From assembly GCA_003697085.1 (NCBI GenBank), contig RFFU01000074.1:17562-81561 (forward strand): DNA of 64,000 nucleotides, written 5' to 3'. This stretch comes from Candidatus Hydrogenedentota bacterium. GTDB taxonomy: Bacteria > UBA8481 > J006. The notes beneath the pieces are model-generated. The model worked only from the letters and a program-made list of their open reading frames with translations, did no database searches and was not told the DNA's origin. The translations under genes were made by a program, and so were the position numbers. Below, piece by piece: positions 62,980 through 64,000 of the stretch. Within the stretch, counting starts at the first letter, position 1. Each line of letters begins with the position of its first letter.

Positions 62980-64000
62980 ATGGATAAGACTCCAAAGCGG
63001 GAAAAGCGCGCGGCTTCCTTGACGATTCGCCTCCGGGTTCTTATCGGTGCTCTTCTCATCGGAAGCCTTGCCGTTTCGGCGGGCGCGGCATCGGTCGAAA
63101 GAGCACCGAACGGTGCGGCCTTGATACTGGAACACCGTGCCGGGGCTCCCGTGACGGCGGTACAACTCTGGGTTCGAACAGGTTCGCGCGACGAAGACAC
63201 GGTGACGATGGGGCTGAGTCATTTTTTGGAGCATATGCTTTTCAAGGGAACGAAGACGCGACCGGTCGGGGAGATCGATGAGGAGGTCGAGAGCAACGGC
63301 GGTGAGATGAATGCCGCGACCTCGAAGGACTGGACCTATTATCACGTCACGATTCGTTCGGAGGAGTGGCGGCGCGCCCTCGAGATCATCACGGATATTG
63401 CGAGGAATGCGTCCTTCCCTCCGGTGGAGATGAAGAAGGAGCGGGAGGTGATCAAGTCGGAGATCGACCGCCGTAACGATGATCCTGTCACGATGCTCTA
63501 CGACAGCATCGATCGCGCCGCCTATCTTCGTCACCCCTATCGCTTCCGCGTCATCGGAACAGACACCACGTTGGATCGCACGACGCGCGAGGACCTTGTT
63601 CGATACTACCGGTCACGTTACGAACCGACACATCTTGCCGTCGTTGTCGTGGGGGACTTCGACACGGTGATCGCACGGAATATCTTCAGGGAAACGCTCG
63701 GCGCGGACACTCGGCGGCCGGCCGTGGATCGGTTCTTCTCACCCGAGGTTGGGCTCCCCGCCGATACACTGCTCATTCTTCATACCAATGCCGTTTCCGC
63801 CTACGGAGCCATTTCCTATCCCGCGCCGGCCGCGCGGAATTTCCGCGACAATGTTGCCGCCGACCTTCTTCTGACCCTCCTTTCCGGAGACGCCGTCGGT
63901 CGCATGCGGCGTCACCTTGTCGAGGAAACCCGCCTCGCTGATCGGTTTTGGATCTCCTTTCCGACTTCGCGCGATCCCGCGCGATTCAGTTTTCTCTACG
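62980..64000 (+). CDS. M16-family (pitrilysin/insulinase-like) zinc peptidase, secreted; 3'-truncated by the window edge
   Basis: Signal peptide (LRVLIGALLIGSLAVSAGAAS). Inverted zinc motif HxxEH in ...GLSHFLEHMLFKGT... with a downstream Glu in EVESNGGEMNAATS. Runs off the window. Confidence 0.8.
   Translation, partial: MDKTPKREKRAASLTIRLRVLIGALLIGSLAVSAGAASVERAPNGAALILEHRAGAPVTAVQLWVRTGSRDEDTVTMGLSHFLEHMLFKGTKTRPVGEIDEEVESNGGEMNAATSKDWTYYHVTIRSEEWRRALEIITDIARNASFPPVEMKKEREVIKSEIDRRNDDPVTMLYDSIDRAAYLRHPYRFRVIGTDTTLDRTTREDLVRYYRSRYEPTHLAVVVVGDFDTVIARNIFRETLGADTRRPAVDRFFSPEVGLPADTLLILHTNAVSAYGAISYPAPAARNFRDNVAADLLLTLLSGDAVGRMRRHLVEETRLADRFWISFPTSRDPARFSFLY

Overview
This is a high-GC (about 60-65%) bacterial chromosomal window that is densely coded on both strands. 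I ran no database searches; every call below comes from reading motifs and architecture in the translated ORFs and the DNA. The window splits into four parts.

(1) Positions 0.7-23 kb look like an accessory locus built around a putative ribosomal-peptide (bacteriocin/RiPP-like) system. Two paralogous precursor genes (7612..7758 and 7829..8515) carry near-identical double-glycine (GG) leader peptides. The second fuses that leader and a 57-aa core to a C-terminal Hedgehog/intein-type Hint autoprocessing domain, which I regard as the most unusual element in the window. Around them are a GT2 glycosyltransferase co-directional and immediately upstream, a divergent GT1 / SAM-methyltransferase / flippase-like membrane protein operon, a CPBP (CAAX) intramembrane protease, and a convergent CHASE2-sensor class III adenylate cyclase. 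Further along is a tripartite exporter: a standalone cNMP-binding protein, a HlyD membrane-fusion protein, a C39 peptidase-ABC transporter, and an ABC transporter with an N-terminal cNMP-binding-like domain. This architecture is typical of the 'NHLM'-type bacteriocin exporters. The same region holds a secreted PLD-like (two HKD motifs) protein and a MntA/HepT toxin-antitoxin pair.

(2) Positions 23-28 kb carry envelope glycosylation genes (FkbM methyltransferase, GT1, GT2) and an OmpA-like coiled-coil lipoprotein.

(3) Positions 28.6-29.5 kb carry tRNA-Met(CAT), a PduO-type corrinoid adenosyltransferase and an initiator tRNA-fMet. They are followed by a complete MoxR / DUF58 / BatA-BatE aerotolerance-type operon (30.3-39.8 kb), which is bracketed on both sides by large composite repeat elements.

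(4) Positions 40.8-64 kb are housekeeping: VapBC, alpha-glucan phosphorylase, tadA, der-plsY-gpsA, hisZ, serA-like, engB, lon, thrC, tRNA-Leu, a DHH phosphoesterase, mnmA, aroC and an M16 peptidase.

A mosaic family of intergenic repeats built from three recurring modules is scattered through the window at 10 or more sites.
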